A stretch of DNA of 64,000 nucleotides from Acidobacteriota bacterium (GTDB taxonomy: Bacteria > Acidobacteriota > UBA890 > WLXD01): positions 960,001-1,024,000 of the forward strand of contig CBDBHB010000008.1 of the NCBI GenBank assembly GCA_965205505.1, given 5' to 3'. The translations under genes were made by a program, and so were the position numbers. The notes under the pieces were generated by a model. That model did no database searches. It was given only the letters and a program-made list of their open reading frames with translations, and was not told the origin of the DNA. Positions 36,839 to 46,871 of the stretch are shown here, one piece after another (the first letter of the stretch is position 1; each line of letters opens with the position of its first letter).

Positions 36839-38476
36839 CTATTCCTTCAGGCCGAAGGTGAAGATCACATTTCCCGCGGCGACCGAAATGTACTGTTGCC
36901 CGTTCACGGCGTAGGTCATCGGCGCCGAATGCACACGGGCGCCTACGTTCACGTGCCATAGCTCCTTGCCGCTGGCGGCGTCGAGCGCGAAGAAATAGCC
37001 GCCGACCGTGCCGCCGAAGACCAGATCTCCAGCAGTCGACAGCAACCCCGACGTGGAGTGCGGCGCTAGCGGGAACTCCCAACGGAGGTCGCCGGTCGCC
37101 GGGTCGATAGCTCGGATGGCGCTCTGATAGCTGTCCACCGGCAGCACGCGACGCCCGGCACCGCCCGAGTAGTACTCGCCTTCCACATACTCCTGATCAC
37201 GCTTGAAGTACTCCTGCTCGCCATCGAAGGCATTGACGTAGAACAGGCCGGTACGCGGACTGTACGCCGGTGACCACCAGTTGGTGGCTCCATACACCGA
37301 TGGCGACACGACGACGCCCTCGAACGTCGGCGACGTGTCAGGGAAGCGGATCGGACGCCCGTTCTCATCCAGGCCTTCTGCCCAGGTTTGCCTGGCGAAC
37401 GACTCGCCGACCAGAAACTCGCCGGTCTGGCGGTCGAGCGTGTAGTAGAAGCCGTTGCGGTTGGCCCACATCATTACCTTGCGCATCTCGCCTTCGTAGA
37501 CCACTTCGCCGAGGATCGGAATCTGGATGGCATCCCAGTCGTGCACGTCATGCGGGGTGAACTGGAAATACCATGCCAACTCGCCCGTGTCGGCATCCAG
37601 CGCCAGGGCCGAGTCGGAATACAAGTTGTCGCCCAACCGGACGTCGCCGTTCCAGTCGGGGCCAGGATTCCCCGTGCCCCAGTAGATGAGGTCGAGATTC
37701 GGATCGTACGAGCCGGTGATCCAGGTGGGAGACCCGCCCGTGCGCCACGATTCACCCGCCCAGGTCCGATTGTCGGCGTGCTCCGGCCCCGGGATGGTCC
37801 AGGCACGCCATTCCCGCTCGCCGGTCTCGGCATTGTAGGAATCGAGAAAGCCGCGGATGCCGTACTCCCCACCGGCGATGCCGGTCACAACATGGTCCTT
37901 GACGATCAACGGCGCCGCAGTCTTACTGTAGCCGGAGCTGTACTCCGCAACTTCCCGATTCCACACCAGGTTGCCGCTGCGCGCGTCGATGGCCACCAGA
38001 TGCGCGTCCAGCGTGCTCATGTAGAGCGTCTCACCCAGGATCGCGACGCCGCGATTGTTGCGACCGCAGCACAAGCGCAGGTCGTCGGGCAGCTCGTGAT
38101 CATAGCGCCAGTACGGGCGCCCGGTTGCGGCATGGAGCGCCACGACGTTGCTTGGCGCCTCGGTAACGAACATCACACCGTCGACGACCAGCGGCGTGGT
38201 CTCGGCGCGATCGATGGCGGGAATCTGGTAGGCCCACTTGAGCTCGAGATCTGCCACGTTCCGGGTGTGCACACGGTCGAGCCGGCTGTGACGCTGGCTG
38301 TCGAGGGTCCCCGAGTACATCAACCAGTTCTCCGGCTCGTTCGCCGCGTTCAGCAGTCGCTCCCAGGTCACCGGCGAAAGCGCTGGCGTCGGCGCTTTCG
38401 TGCTCGGTGGTTCCTGGGCCGGCACGAGCGGCACGAACGTGAAGATGGCAATGACAAACAGGAGACGTTTCATCAT
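36839..38476 (-). CDS. PQQ-dependent alcohol dehydrogenase-type quinoprotein
   Basis: ETTPLVVDG, vicinal CC in LCCGRNNRG, GGEYGIRG, GDNLYS, FQFTPHDVHDWD, ANRNGF. Confidence 0.93.
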   Translation of the reverse strand: MMKRLLFVIAIFTFVPLVPAQEPPSTKAPTPALSPVTWERLLNAANEPENWLMYSGTLDSQRHSRLDRVHTRNVADLELKWAYQIPAIDRAETTPLVVDGVMFVTEAPSNVVALHAATGRPYWRYDHELPDDLRLCCGRNNRGVAILGETLYMSTLDAHLVAIDARSGNLVWNREVAEYSSGYSKTAAPLIVKDHVVTGIAGGEYGIRGFLDSYNAETGEREWRAWTIPGPEHADNRTWAGESWRTGGSPTWITGSYDPNLDLIYWGTGNPGPDWNGDVRLGDNLYSDSALALDADTGELAWYFQFTPHDVHDWDAIQIPILGEVVYEGEMRKVMMWANRNGFYYTLDRQTGEFLVGESFARQTWAEGLDENGRPIRFPDTSPTFEGVVVSPSVYGATNWWSPAYSPRTGLFYVNAFDGEQEYFKRDQEYVEGEYYSGGAGRRVLPVDSYQSAIRAIDPATGDLRWEFPLAPHSTSGLLSTAGDLVFGGTVGGYFFALDAASGKELWHVNVGARVHSAPMTYAVNGQQYISVAAGNVIFTFGLKE

Positions 38477-39279
38477 CGACGCTCCTTCCGCAGCGAGAAA
38501 AGGTAGGCAACCAGGTCGTCCACCTCCCCCGTAGTCAGCGTGTTCTCATAGCTCGGCATGCTCGAAGTCGTAATCCGATCGCTGCCGCTGATCTGACTCT
38601 TCGAAAAGTGCCAGAGGTTCTCGTCCTCGTCCATCATGCTGAGCGTGAACGTATCTTCGTTCATCCGCAGACCCTCGACGACGGTACCGTCATGCTGTGT
38701 GACCCGTAGCGTCCACCAGCGCGGCGCGACCTCTTCATTCGGATCGAGCAGGTCGGCCTTGAGCTCGTCTGGATCGCGGCGGTTCGCAACCACCGAAAGG
38801 TCGGGTCCGAGCCGACCGCCTTCCCCGCCAACCATGTGGCAGCTTGCGCAGTTGCCCTTCCCGTCGAAGACCTGTCGTCCGGCGCTGGGGCTACCCGGAA
38901 GGTCGTAGTCGGCAGGATCGAGGTTCAATGAGTGGATGTAAGTGATGATTTGCCAGACCGTCTGGTCCGGCGCCTGCGGGCTGATCCCCATCATGGCGGT
39001 ACCGTCGATACCCTCGCGAATGACATTGAAGAGCCCGGCGTCGGTGCTGGCCGTCGCAAAGGTGCCCGTCGTGAGGTCGGGCGCCCCGGTCTCGCCACCG
39101 CCGGTCCCGTCGAGGCCATGGCAGCGCCCGCATTGGGACAGGAACACGCGCCTGCCCATCCGGAGGTCGACCGAGGTCGTGAGCGGGTTCTCCTGGGCTG
39201 CTGCCGGCGCGGCGGTCCCGCCGACGATCAGCAGACCGCCGATGAGAGCGGTTCGAACGGCACTAGCCCGAAGGCGCAT
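38473..39279 (-). CDS. Di-heme c-type cytochrome partner of the quinoprotein
   Basis: CGRCH and CASCH, GRLGPDLS, SSMP, DLVAYL; overlaps the start of the downstream gene. Confidence 0.9.
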   Translation of the reverse strand: MRLRASAVRTALIGGLLIVGGTAAPAAAQENPLTTSVDLRMGRRVFLSQCGRCHGLDGTGGGETGAPDLTTGTFATASTDAGLFNVIREGIDGTAMMGISPQAPDQTVWQIITYIHSLNLDPADYDLPGSPSAGRQVFDGKGNCASCHMVGGEGGRLGPDLSVVANRRDPDELKADLLDPNEEVAPRWWTLRVTQHDGTVVEGLRMNEDTFTLSMMDEDENLWHFSKSQISGSDRITTSSMPSYENTLTTGEVDDLVAYLFSLRKERR

Positions 39280-39357
39280 GGGGCAACCTCTCTTGAAGTC
39301 GGTTAGCGGACGTGTGGGCGCCATCGGCACCCTCACGACCTGATACGACCGTAGTGT

Positions 39358-40098
39358 TTACCGTACCGGCTCGTCCCCCATCAGTCGCGCCAGCATCGGC
39401 TCCATGGCCTCGGCCCAGATCTGATAGCCACGTTCTTGCGGGTGTAGGGCGTCGGGCATGACGCTCTCCGGCAGGACACCGTCGTCCTCCAGAAAGCTAT
39501 CGCCGATGTCCAGATAGTGGATCCACCTACCGTCGTCGAGCTCGGCGATGACGGAGTTGGCTGCTGTGTTGACGCCGCGTTGCCAGTCGTCGCCCGCTCT
39601 ACCCCGCGGAAACACGGCCAACAGGAGGATCTTCGTTTCCGGCAGCAGAGCTCGCAGCGTGTTGCAGATCGCGCCGATCCCCTCAGCGATATCGTCCGGA
39701 GTGTAGTTGCGGGAGTTGTTGGTGCCGATCATCAGCACCGCCACCTTGGGGCTGACGCGGTCGAGCTGACCGTGGATCAGCCGCCACAGCACGTGCTGCG
39801 TGCGATCGCCGCTGAAGCCGAGATTCACCGCCTTGCGGTGCCCGTAGTACTTGTCCCAGGTTTCCTTGCCGGCGCTTTCCCAGCTGTGGGTTATGGAGTC
39901 GCCGATGAACAGCAGGTCGACATCGCCGCCCCCGATCTGTCGAACGTTGTTGTAGAAGCGGCTCATCCACCATGCTCTGTCGGCGCGCGGCGTCGGCACA
40001 GTGGCGGGGTCCTGTGCCTGCACGATGCCGGTCGTTGCCATCTGCACGCACAGGAGCAGCAGCAGAACCTTTCTCGGTGCCCTCTTCGCAGCTCTCAT
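39358..40098 (-). CDS. SGNH/GDSL hydrolase (PAF-acetylhydrolase-like)
   Basis: FIGDSIT, GFSGDRTQH, MIGTNN, PDALHP; GGAGG RBS before ATG 40098. Confidence 0.93.
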   Translation of the reverse strand: MRAAKRAPRKVLLLLLCVQMATTGIVQAQDPATVPTPRADRAWWMSRFYNNVRQIGGGDVDLLFIGDSITHSWESAGKETWDKYYGHRKAVNLGFSGDRTQHVLWRLIHGQLDRVSPKVAVLMIGTNNSRNYTPDDIAEGIGAICNTLRALLPETKILLLAVFPRGRAGDDWQRGVNTAANSVIAELDDGRWIHYLDIGDSFLEDDGVLPESVMPDALHPQERGYQIWAEAMEPMLARLMGDEPVR

Positions 40099-40166
40099 CG
40101 TGTGCGCCTCCGTCCACCGATTCACGCACCGTCTGCAGGCAAGCTGCGATGTCCGCGATCGGTTGT

Positions 40167-40347
40167 CTAGCAGGGTGCTGAAAAACTCTGGTGGGTCTGG
40201 CGCGTGGGTCTTGCTGGCGAGATCAAGGAAGAGCGACGATGGCGATGCCAGGGCGCATCGTCGAGGAGCTCTGACGCTGAGATCGTCGGCAACCCCCATG
40301 CGCCTTACAGGTTACAGACCCACCAGAGTTTTTCAGCACCCTGCTAT
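40167..40347. mobile_element. Complete type-B miniature inverted-repeat element
   Basis: Perfect 29-bp TIRs (40171-40199 and 40315-40343), flanked by CTAG and CTAT; one long internal hairpin; abuts the TAG stop of the DUF1501 gene. Confidence 0.9.
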
Positions 40348-41807
40348 AGCAACACCTTCTCGAACACGCGGCCGGCCACGTCTGTGAGTCGGTGATCACG
40401 GCCCTGATACCTGTACGTCAGTCGTTTGTGGTCGATGCCCAGACAGTGGAGGATCGTCGCCTGCAGGTCGTGCACGTGCACCGGGTCCTCGAGGATGTTG
40501 TACGAGAAGTCGTCGGTCCGTCCGAGGGAGACGCCGGGCTTGATACCTCCACCGGCCATCCACATGGTGAAACAACGTGGATGGTGGTCGCGCCCGTAGT
40601 TGTCTTCTTTCAGGGTGCCCTGGCAGTAGACCGTGCGGCCGAACTCCCCGCCCCAGATCACCAGCGTCTCGTCGAGCAGGCCGCGCTGCTTCAGGTCGGT
40701 GATCAGCCCTGCCGAGGCCTGATCGGTATCCTGACACTGCAGTGCGAGGTCGCGCGGTAGATCCAGGTGCTGGTCCCAGCCGCGATGGTACAGCTGCACG
40801 AAGCGCACGCCCTTCTCGGCAAGCCGGCGCGCCAGCAAGCAGTTGGCCGCGTAGGTGCTTGGCCGGCGTGCGTCTTCGCCGTACAGATCGAATGTGCTTG
40901 CCGGCTCGTCGGAGAGGTCCATCAGATCGGGCACCGACGCTTGCATCCGGTAGGCCAGCTCGTACTGGGCAATGCGCGTCTCGATCTCCGGATCACCGAG
41001 CGTCGCGGCACGTTCCTGGTTGATTGTCCGGATCGCGTCGATCAGGCGGCGGCGATTCGTGCGGCTAATGCCGGGGGGGTCTGAGAGGTGCAGCACCGGG
41101 TCACCGCTCGATTGAAAGTTGACGCCCTGATGATTCGACGGCAGAAAGCCGCTGCCCCACAACCGGGAGAACAGCGGCTGCTGGTCGAACTTCGCGCTGC
41201 CGCGTGAGAGCAGAGCGATGAAGGTCGGAAGATCCTGGTTCGCGCTGCCGAGGCCGTAGCTGAGCCACGCACCCATGCTGGGGCGACCCGGCTGCTGGCT
41301 GCCGCTCTGGATGAAGGTGATCGCGGGATCGTGATTGATAGCGTCGGTGTGCACGCTCTTGATGATGGCGATGTCGTCGACGATCTTCGCCGTATGCGGC
41401 AACAGCTCGCTGATCCAGGTCCCCGATTGTCCGTACTGGTCGAAGCCGAAGATCGGGTTCACGAGCGGGAACCGATCCTGTCCCGAGCTCATGCCGGTCA
41501 GCCGCTGTCCCTGGCGAACCGAGTCGGGAAGCTCGGTGCCGTGCAGCTCTCTCAGCTTGGGCTTGTAGTCGAAGAGATCCATTTGCGAGGGTGCGCCCGA
41601 CTGAAACAGGAAGATGGCACGCTTGGCCTTCGGGGCGAAGTGGGGCAGCACTCCTGGCGTTACACCGGCCTGCCCTCCTTCCCCGGCGGCCCACACCAGC
41701 TCGGGGGGCAGCAGCGCGGTCAGCGCCGCCACGCCGATGCCGGTGCGCGCCCGCGAGAACAGCTGTCGACGCGTCACCCGGAGCTCGTCCTCGCGTATGG
41801 GATCCAA
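40344..41807 (-). CDS. DUF1501 family protein (Tat)
   Basis: [63 protein letters not shown]. Confidence 0.93.
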   Translation of the reverse strand: MDPIREDELRVTRRQLFSRARTGIGVAALTALLPPELVWAAGEGGQAGVTPGVLPHFAPKAKRAIFLFQSGAPSQMDLFDYKPKLRELHGTELPDSVRQGQRLTGMSSGQDRFPLVNPIFGFDQYGQSGTWISELLPHTAKIVDDIAIIKSVHTDAINHDPAITFIQSGSQQPGRPSMGAWLSYGLGSANQDLPTFIALLSRGSAKFDQQPLFSRLWGSGFLPSNHQGVNFQSSGDPVLHLSDPPGISRTNRRRLIDAIRTINQERAATLGDPEIETRIAQYELAYRMQASVPDLMDLSDEPASTFDLYGEDARRPSTYAANCLLARRLAEKGVRFVQLYHRGWDQHLDLPRDLALQCQDTDQASAGLITDLKQRGLLDETLVIWGGEFGRTVYCQGTLKEDNYGRDHHPRCFTMWMAGGGIKPGVSLGRTDDFSYNILEDPVHVHDLQATILHCLGIDHKRLTYRYQGRDHRLTDVAGRVFEKVLL

Positions 41808-41812
41808 CCTTG

Positions 41813-44800
41813 CTACTCCCGCGTGATCGTCTCGTCGAGGTTCATGATGATGCCGGCGACGTTGGCCAGGCCGCCAGCTCGATGGGGTCGTGGCCGGGAT
41901 CGTAGCTGCCCTCACCGACGGTCAGCAGCTGGTGGGCGGCCTCGGGATCGTCGCGGTACTCGTCGAGCTGCCCCTGCGCCGCCTCGACGAATGTCGGGTC
42001 GTTCAACAACACCAGCGCCTGCAGCGGCGTGTTCGTCCGTGGCCGGCGCACCGTGCACGACTCGCGGTCGGGCGCATCGAACGTATTGAGCGACGGCGGC
42101 GGCACGGTGCGCTTCCAGAACGAGTACATGCTGCGACGGTAGAGATCTTCGCCGTGGCTCGGCGTGTAAGACTGCGCCGTGAAGTGCGCGCCGTAGGCTA
42201 GCGGCTTCCACAAGTCGGCTGGTTGGTACGGAAACACGCTCGGCCCGCCGATGGCGCCGTTCAGCAACCCGCTCACCGCCAGCGCGCCATCGCGAATCAT
42301 CTCGGCGGGCAGCCGGAACCGTGACGCGCGGCTCAGCAGCCGGTTCTCTGGATCATGCTCCGCATGCCATGGCGTCAGGCGCGACGACTGCCGATAGGTA
42401 GACGAGGTGACGATCAGCCGCTGCATGGCCTTGACGTCCCACCCCGACCGGACGAACTCGGTGGCTAGCCAATCGAGCAGCTCGGGGTGGCTCGGCAGCT
42501 CGCTCCGGGTTCCGAAGTCCTCCAGCGTCTTGACCAGGCCGGTGCCGAAGTACATCTCCCAGTACCGGTTCACGGTGACCCGTGCCGTGAGCGGGTGCCC
42601 GGGGTCGACGAGCCATCGTGCCAGTCCGAGCCTGTTGGCCTCGGCGCCGGCAGGCAACGGCGGCAGCGCGCTGGGTGTGCCCGGCGAGACGGGATCAGTT
42701 TGGTTTCGATAGTCGCCCCGGCGCAGGATGAACGTCTGGCGCGGCTCCTCGCGCTCCGCCATGACCATCGTCGTGACGACGGTGTCCTCGAGCGCAGCGA
42801 GCTCGCTCCTGAGGGTCTTCAGCTGGCGGTGAGCGCGCCGGTACTGCGGCGGCGCATGCCGTGTGAGGAAGTAGTCGCGGAGCTCCTCGTCCTGCACCTC
42901 GCGCAGGTCAGTTTGCTCCTCGCTTTCGCCCACTGGCTCCTCCGACCGGTCGGTGTGTATCTCGTCGAGGATGCTCCGCACCGGCAGGTCGGTGACCAGG
43001 CGGTCGATCTCGTAGGCCTCGATCTTTCGCGCGTAGAACCTCAGGTCGTCGACCAATCCCGCATAGCCATCCACGGGCCGATCCGATCCGACATGAAGGT
43101 CGCCGCCGATCCGCAGCACGGAAGCCGACTCGATCGTCCCCTCCAAGCTGTCGTGCTCGATCACCACCTCGACCGGCCTACCATCCACGTAGAGCTGTAC
43201 ACCCGCCGCTTGGCGCGATCCGTCATAGACGATTGCCACGTGCTGCCACCGGAACATAATCAGCGGCTCCGCGCGTCCTCACCGACAGGGCGCTCGATGG
43301 CCAGTCGTGGATCAGCCGAAAGTACAGGTGTGTGCCGATATTGGCCCGTGGCAACACGATCGATTCTCCGAAGGAGACGGCGTAGCCACGGTGCCCCCTG
43401 CCCTCGTCGACCTTCGAAACGAGCGCTTAGCGAGCTTGCCTCGATGACGGGGAAACCCAGGCCGCGATCGACAACGGCTGCGCTGCGTCCAGGTCCAGCG
43501 CCGATGCATCGTCTAGATCGGCGTGCGTCTCGCCGTCGAGGTACGCCGCCTCGCCGACGCGGCCGTCGCGGTATGCGAGATACGCGCTACTGGCCTTGGC
43601 GTGCAGATAGTGCCCGCTGGTATCGGCAAGGTGGCCGTCGAACTCGAAGTGAGCGACCAGATCGTCACGTGGGGCGGTCGGGACCGTGGCCAGGGCGCCC
43701 GCCTCCCATCGCCCCTGCAGGTGGCCGATCGTCGCCTCCGGCAGCTCGTCTTCGAGCGCTTCGATCCGCGCCTCGATCGAGGTGAGTGTCCGGTCTTCGT
43801 CGGGCGTGGGCACGAGCACGAACGGCTCTGCGTTGCCGGCCTGGCCGTCCAGCCCCACCTCGTCGACGTTGTTGAAGAAGGCGAAAAAGCGATAGAAGTC
43901 TCTCTGGCTGATGGGGTCGTACTTGTGGTCGTGGCACCGGCTACACCCCATCGTCAGGCCCATCCAGACCGTCGAGGTCGTGTGGAGACGGTCGACGACA
44001 TACTCGACGAGGTATTCCTCGGGGATGGCGCCACCCTCGTAATTGATCATGTGGTTGCGGTTGAATCCCGTGGCAATCAGCTGCGCCCGCGTCGGGTCCG
44101 GCAAGAGGTCGCCGGCAAGCTGCTCGATGGTGAACCGGTCGAACGGCATGTTGGCGTTGTAGGCGTCGATCACCCCGTCACGCCAGGGCCACATGTCACG
44201 GTGACTGTCGATGTGGTAGCCGTGCGTGTCGGCGTAGCGCGCCAGATCCAACCAGCGCATCGCCATGCGCTCACCGTAGCGCGGTGAGCTCACCAATCGT
44301 TCGACCACCTTCTCGTAGGCGTCCGGCGAGTCGTCAGCCAGGTATGACTCGACCTCCGCCGGAGTGGGCGGAAGGCCGGTAAGATCGTAGGAAGCGCGTC
44401 GTATCAGGGTCGACCGGTCAGCCTCCTCCGACGGTTTCAGTCCTTCCCGCCCCAGGCGAGCGCGTACGAAAGCATCGATCGGGTTCCGGCCCCAGTCGAC
44501 GTCTGTGACCGTCGGGACCTCGGGTCGTACGGGAGCGACAAACGCCCACGGAGGCTCCCACTCGGCACCCTGATCGATCCAACTGCGGATCTTCCCGATC
44601 TCGTTCGGCGTTAGCGACAGACCCGAGCCCGCCTTCGGCATGCGGCGGTGCTCGGACTCGTCGGTGATGCGCTGGTAAAGGGCGCTCTCGGCCGCGGCAC
44701 CGGGCACGACAACGGGACCACCGAATCGACCGCGATCACCGAACAACCCCTCCTCCACGTCGAGCCGAAGTCCCCGCTGGCGCCCTGCATCATCCGGCCC

Positions 44801-45292
44801 GTGGCACACGAAGCAGTTCTCGGACAGTATCGGCCGCACGTCGAAGTCGAAATCCACGACTCGATCGCTCGTCAGCATCACCGGCACGAGCGCCACACCA
44901 GTCCCCAGTTTGGCGCCGGCGTCGATCCACGCACGGATGGACTCGATCTCACCTTCCGTCAGCGCCAGCCCGGAGCTGACGGGTGGCATACGCTCGATGC
45001 CGTCACGCGCGGTCAGCCGTCGATACAGCGTGCTGCTTCCCGCGTCTCCCGGAACGATGGTCGACAATGGACCGTCCGGCGTGTCGAGGCGAAGCTCGCT
45101 CACCCGAGTCGATTCGTCGGAGCCGTGGCACGCCAAGCAATTCGCTGCGAGAAGCGGCTGGATGTCGCGGCTGAACTCGGGTGTCGCGGACGGGGTCTGT
45201 GGCTGGGCCCGCGCCGCCGGTACGATCGCCGATAGCCCACAGGCGAGAGTTACCGCCACGATCACGGTGAAGGCAACGCGCCGTGCCATCAT
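41813..45292 (-). pseudogene. PSCyt1/DUF1549/LamG/DUF1553 planctomycete-type cytochrome c protein with multiple lesions
   Basis: [36 protein letters not shown]. In-frame TAA at 43427, frameshift near 43270, apparent deletion after TFVEAA, frameshift near 41865 before NLDETITRE. Confidence 0.88.
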
Positions 45293-45497
45293 CGAGCTCA
45301 CCAAGTCCGCGGCGCCACATCGGCACCGCCCTGTGAGTGGGTCGCCAAGGGGCCAGTAGACCACCGAGCATCAAGCATCATTCGAATCTGGGAGTCTCAC
45401 CTGCACTTCCGAGAGGAGCATGATAGTAGCTGGCTCGTTCCTTGTGGGAAGGAGCGACCCGGTTAGGCTCGAACGCGGGTTCGAGAAAGGAGTAACT

Positions 45498-46835
45498 GTG
45501 ACTAGTGCACGATTGCTAGCCGTGTGTTGGGCTCTCGCTGGTCTCGCGATCGGCCTGGAATCCCACGCGCAGGAGTCGAAACAAAACTACGAGATCATGA
45601 GGCTCATACGTCACGAGAAAATGGATCTCATCCTGCCGGGCGCCCTGCGCGACAACAACGTCGACATGTGGATTCACGTCGTACAGAGCGGCAATATGGA
45701 TCCTCTTGCGCTGGACTTGGGCGGTTGGTTCGAATACCGAGCTTGGGAGCCGTTCGGCTACTACATCTTTACGGATCGGGGTGGTGACAGGATCGAGCGG
45801 ATAATCCTGGGTGGCGAGGACCAGGAAGGTCTCTATGACATTTCCGGTTCGGGAAGCGACCTACTGAAGCTGGTCGAGGAGCGCGATCCGGAGGTGATCG
45901 CCGTCAACATGTCGACCTCGCTTCCCATCGCGAACGGTCTTTCTCATACGGCGTACATGAGCATGATCGCAGCGTTGGGCGAGAAATACGCCCAGAGAAT
46001 CGTCTCTGCAGAACAGGTGACCACCGACTTCCGGGTCAGACGAGTGCAGCGGGAGATCATCGCATTCGCAAACGCGCTGGAGATCCAGCGACAGATCATG
46101 GAGGCGGCCCTACGGAGGATCAGACCCGGAATCACAACTCCTGAAGAAATCGGCTGGTGGGCGGCCGACCAGCTACTGGAGCAAGGAATCGGCCCCTCCT
46201 ATCAAGCGGCGACTCTGTTTCTGCCCTACATGCCGGGAGGCGCCCGAGATGGCGTGTATCAGCGCGGCGCGTTCATATCCTGGGACATGGGTATCGGTTA
46301 CTTGAACTTCGGTACCGACATCAAGCGAAACGCGTATGTCCTGAGGGACGATGAGACGGACATACCCGACGGACTAAGGCACGCCTGGGACCGCGGCATG
46401 AAGGCGCGCGAGATTCTTCGGAAGACGTTCAAGGCCGGCAGGACGGCAGGAGAATCTCTCGAGGCGATCGTCGCTGCCCTGGAAGCAGCCGATTATGTGT
46501 ATACGCCTTCCGACGATCGGACCTCGCAATACAGAGACCTGGTGACAGAGCTCGGAGACGACGAGAGGTCGGGGTTCTCGATCGACTTCCATGCCACCGG
46601 AAACACCAGCGTCGGCGACGCCACGGCAGGCCCCTCGATAGCGCCGTGGCGTTCGACGACGACCCATATCACAGTGCAGCCGAACTACATCTTCTCGCTC
46701 GAGTTCGAGCTCAATACATGGGTTCCGGAATGGAATCGGCGCATAGGCATCAACTTCGAAGACAACGCGATTGTCACCAACCTCGGTGTTGAATACCTGA
46801 GTCCTATAAACGAAAGGATCATCATCATCCGCTAG
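45498..46835 (+). CDS. Exported M24-family protein (third paralog)
   Basis: LRDNNVDMWI, DPEVIAVN, GLSHT, TDIKRNAYVL, DFHATG, SLEF, NFEDN; AAGGAG RBS. Confidence 0.87.
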   Translation: MTSARLLAVCWALAGLAIGLESHAQESKQNYEIMRLIRHEKMDLILPGALRDNNVDMWIHVVQSGNMDPLALDLGGWFEYRAWEPFGYYIFTDRGGDRIERIILGGEDQEGLYDISGSGSDLLKLVEERDPEVIAVNMSTSLPIANGLSHTAYMSMIAALGEKYAQRIVSAEQVTTDFRVRRVQREIIAFANALEIQRQIMEAALRRIRPGITTPEEIGWWAADQLLEQGIGPSYQAATLFLPYMPGGARDGVYQRGAFISWDMGIGYLNFGTDIKRNAYVLRDDETDIPDGLRHAWDRGMKAREILRKTFKAGRTAGESLEAIVAALEAADYVYTPSDDRTSQYRDLVTELGDDERSGFSIDFHATGNTSVGDATAGPSIAPWRSTTTHITVQPNYIFSLEFELNTWVPEWNRRIGINFEDNAIVTNLGVEYLSPINERIIIIR

Positions 46836-46871
46836 GCCTGTAACAGAGGTCGTGGTCACAAAGGGGTCAAG

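Noticed and set aside
37388-38506. Long antisense or alternate-frame ORFs (for example 37388..38506, 33177..34190, 31556..32611, 42487..43785)
   Set aside because: Shadow ORFs opposite well-supported genes in GC-rich DNA, with no recognisable motifs.
40099-40299. N-terminal ORF extensions through elements (39358..40299, also 49150.. and 1279..)
   Set aside because: Better starts lie downstream (40098 and 1351 with RBS, about 49438). The extensions reflect open frames in the element, unlike 11105 and 27826 where a signal peptide precedes the TIR.
46832-46860. CTAGGCCTGTAACAGAGG after the M24 stop as another IS end
   Set aside because: Single occurrence with no partner and no match to either TIR type.
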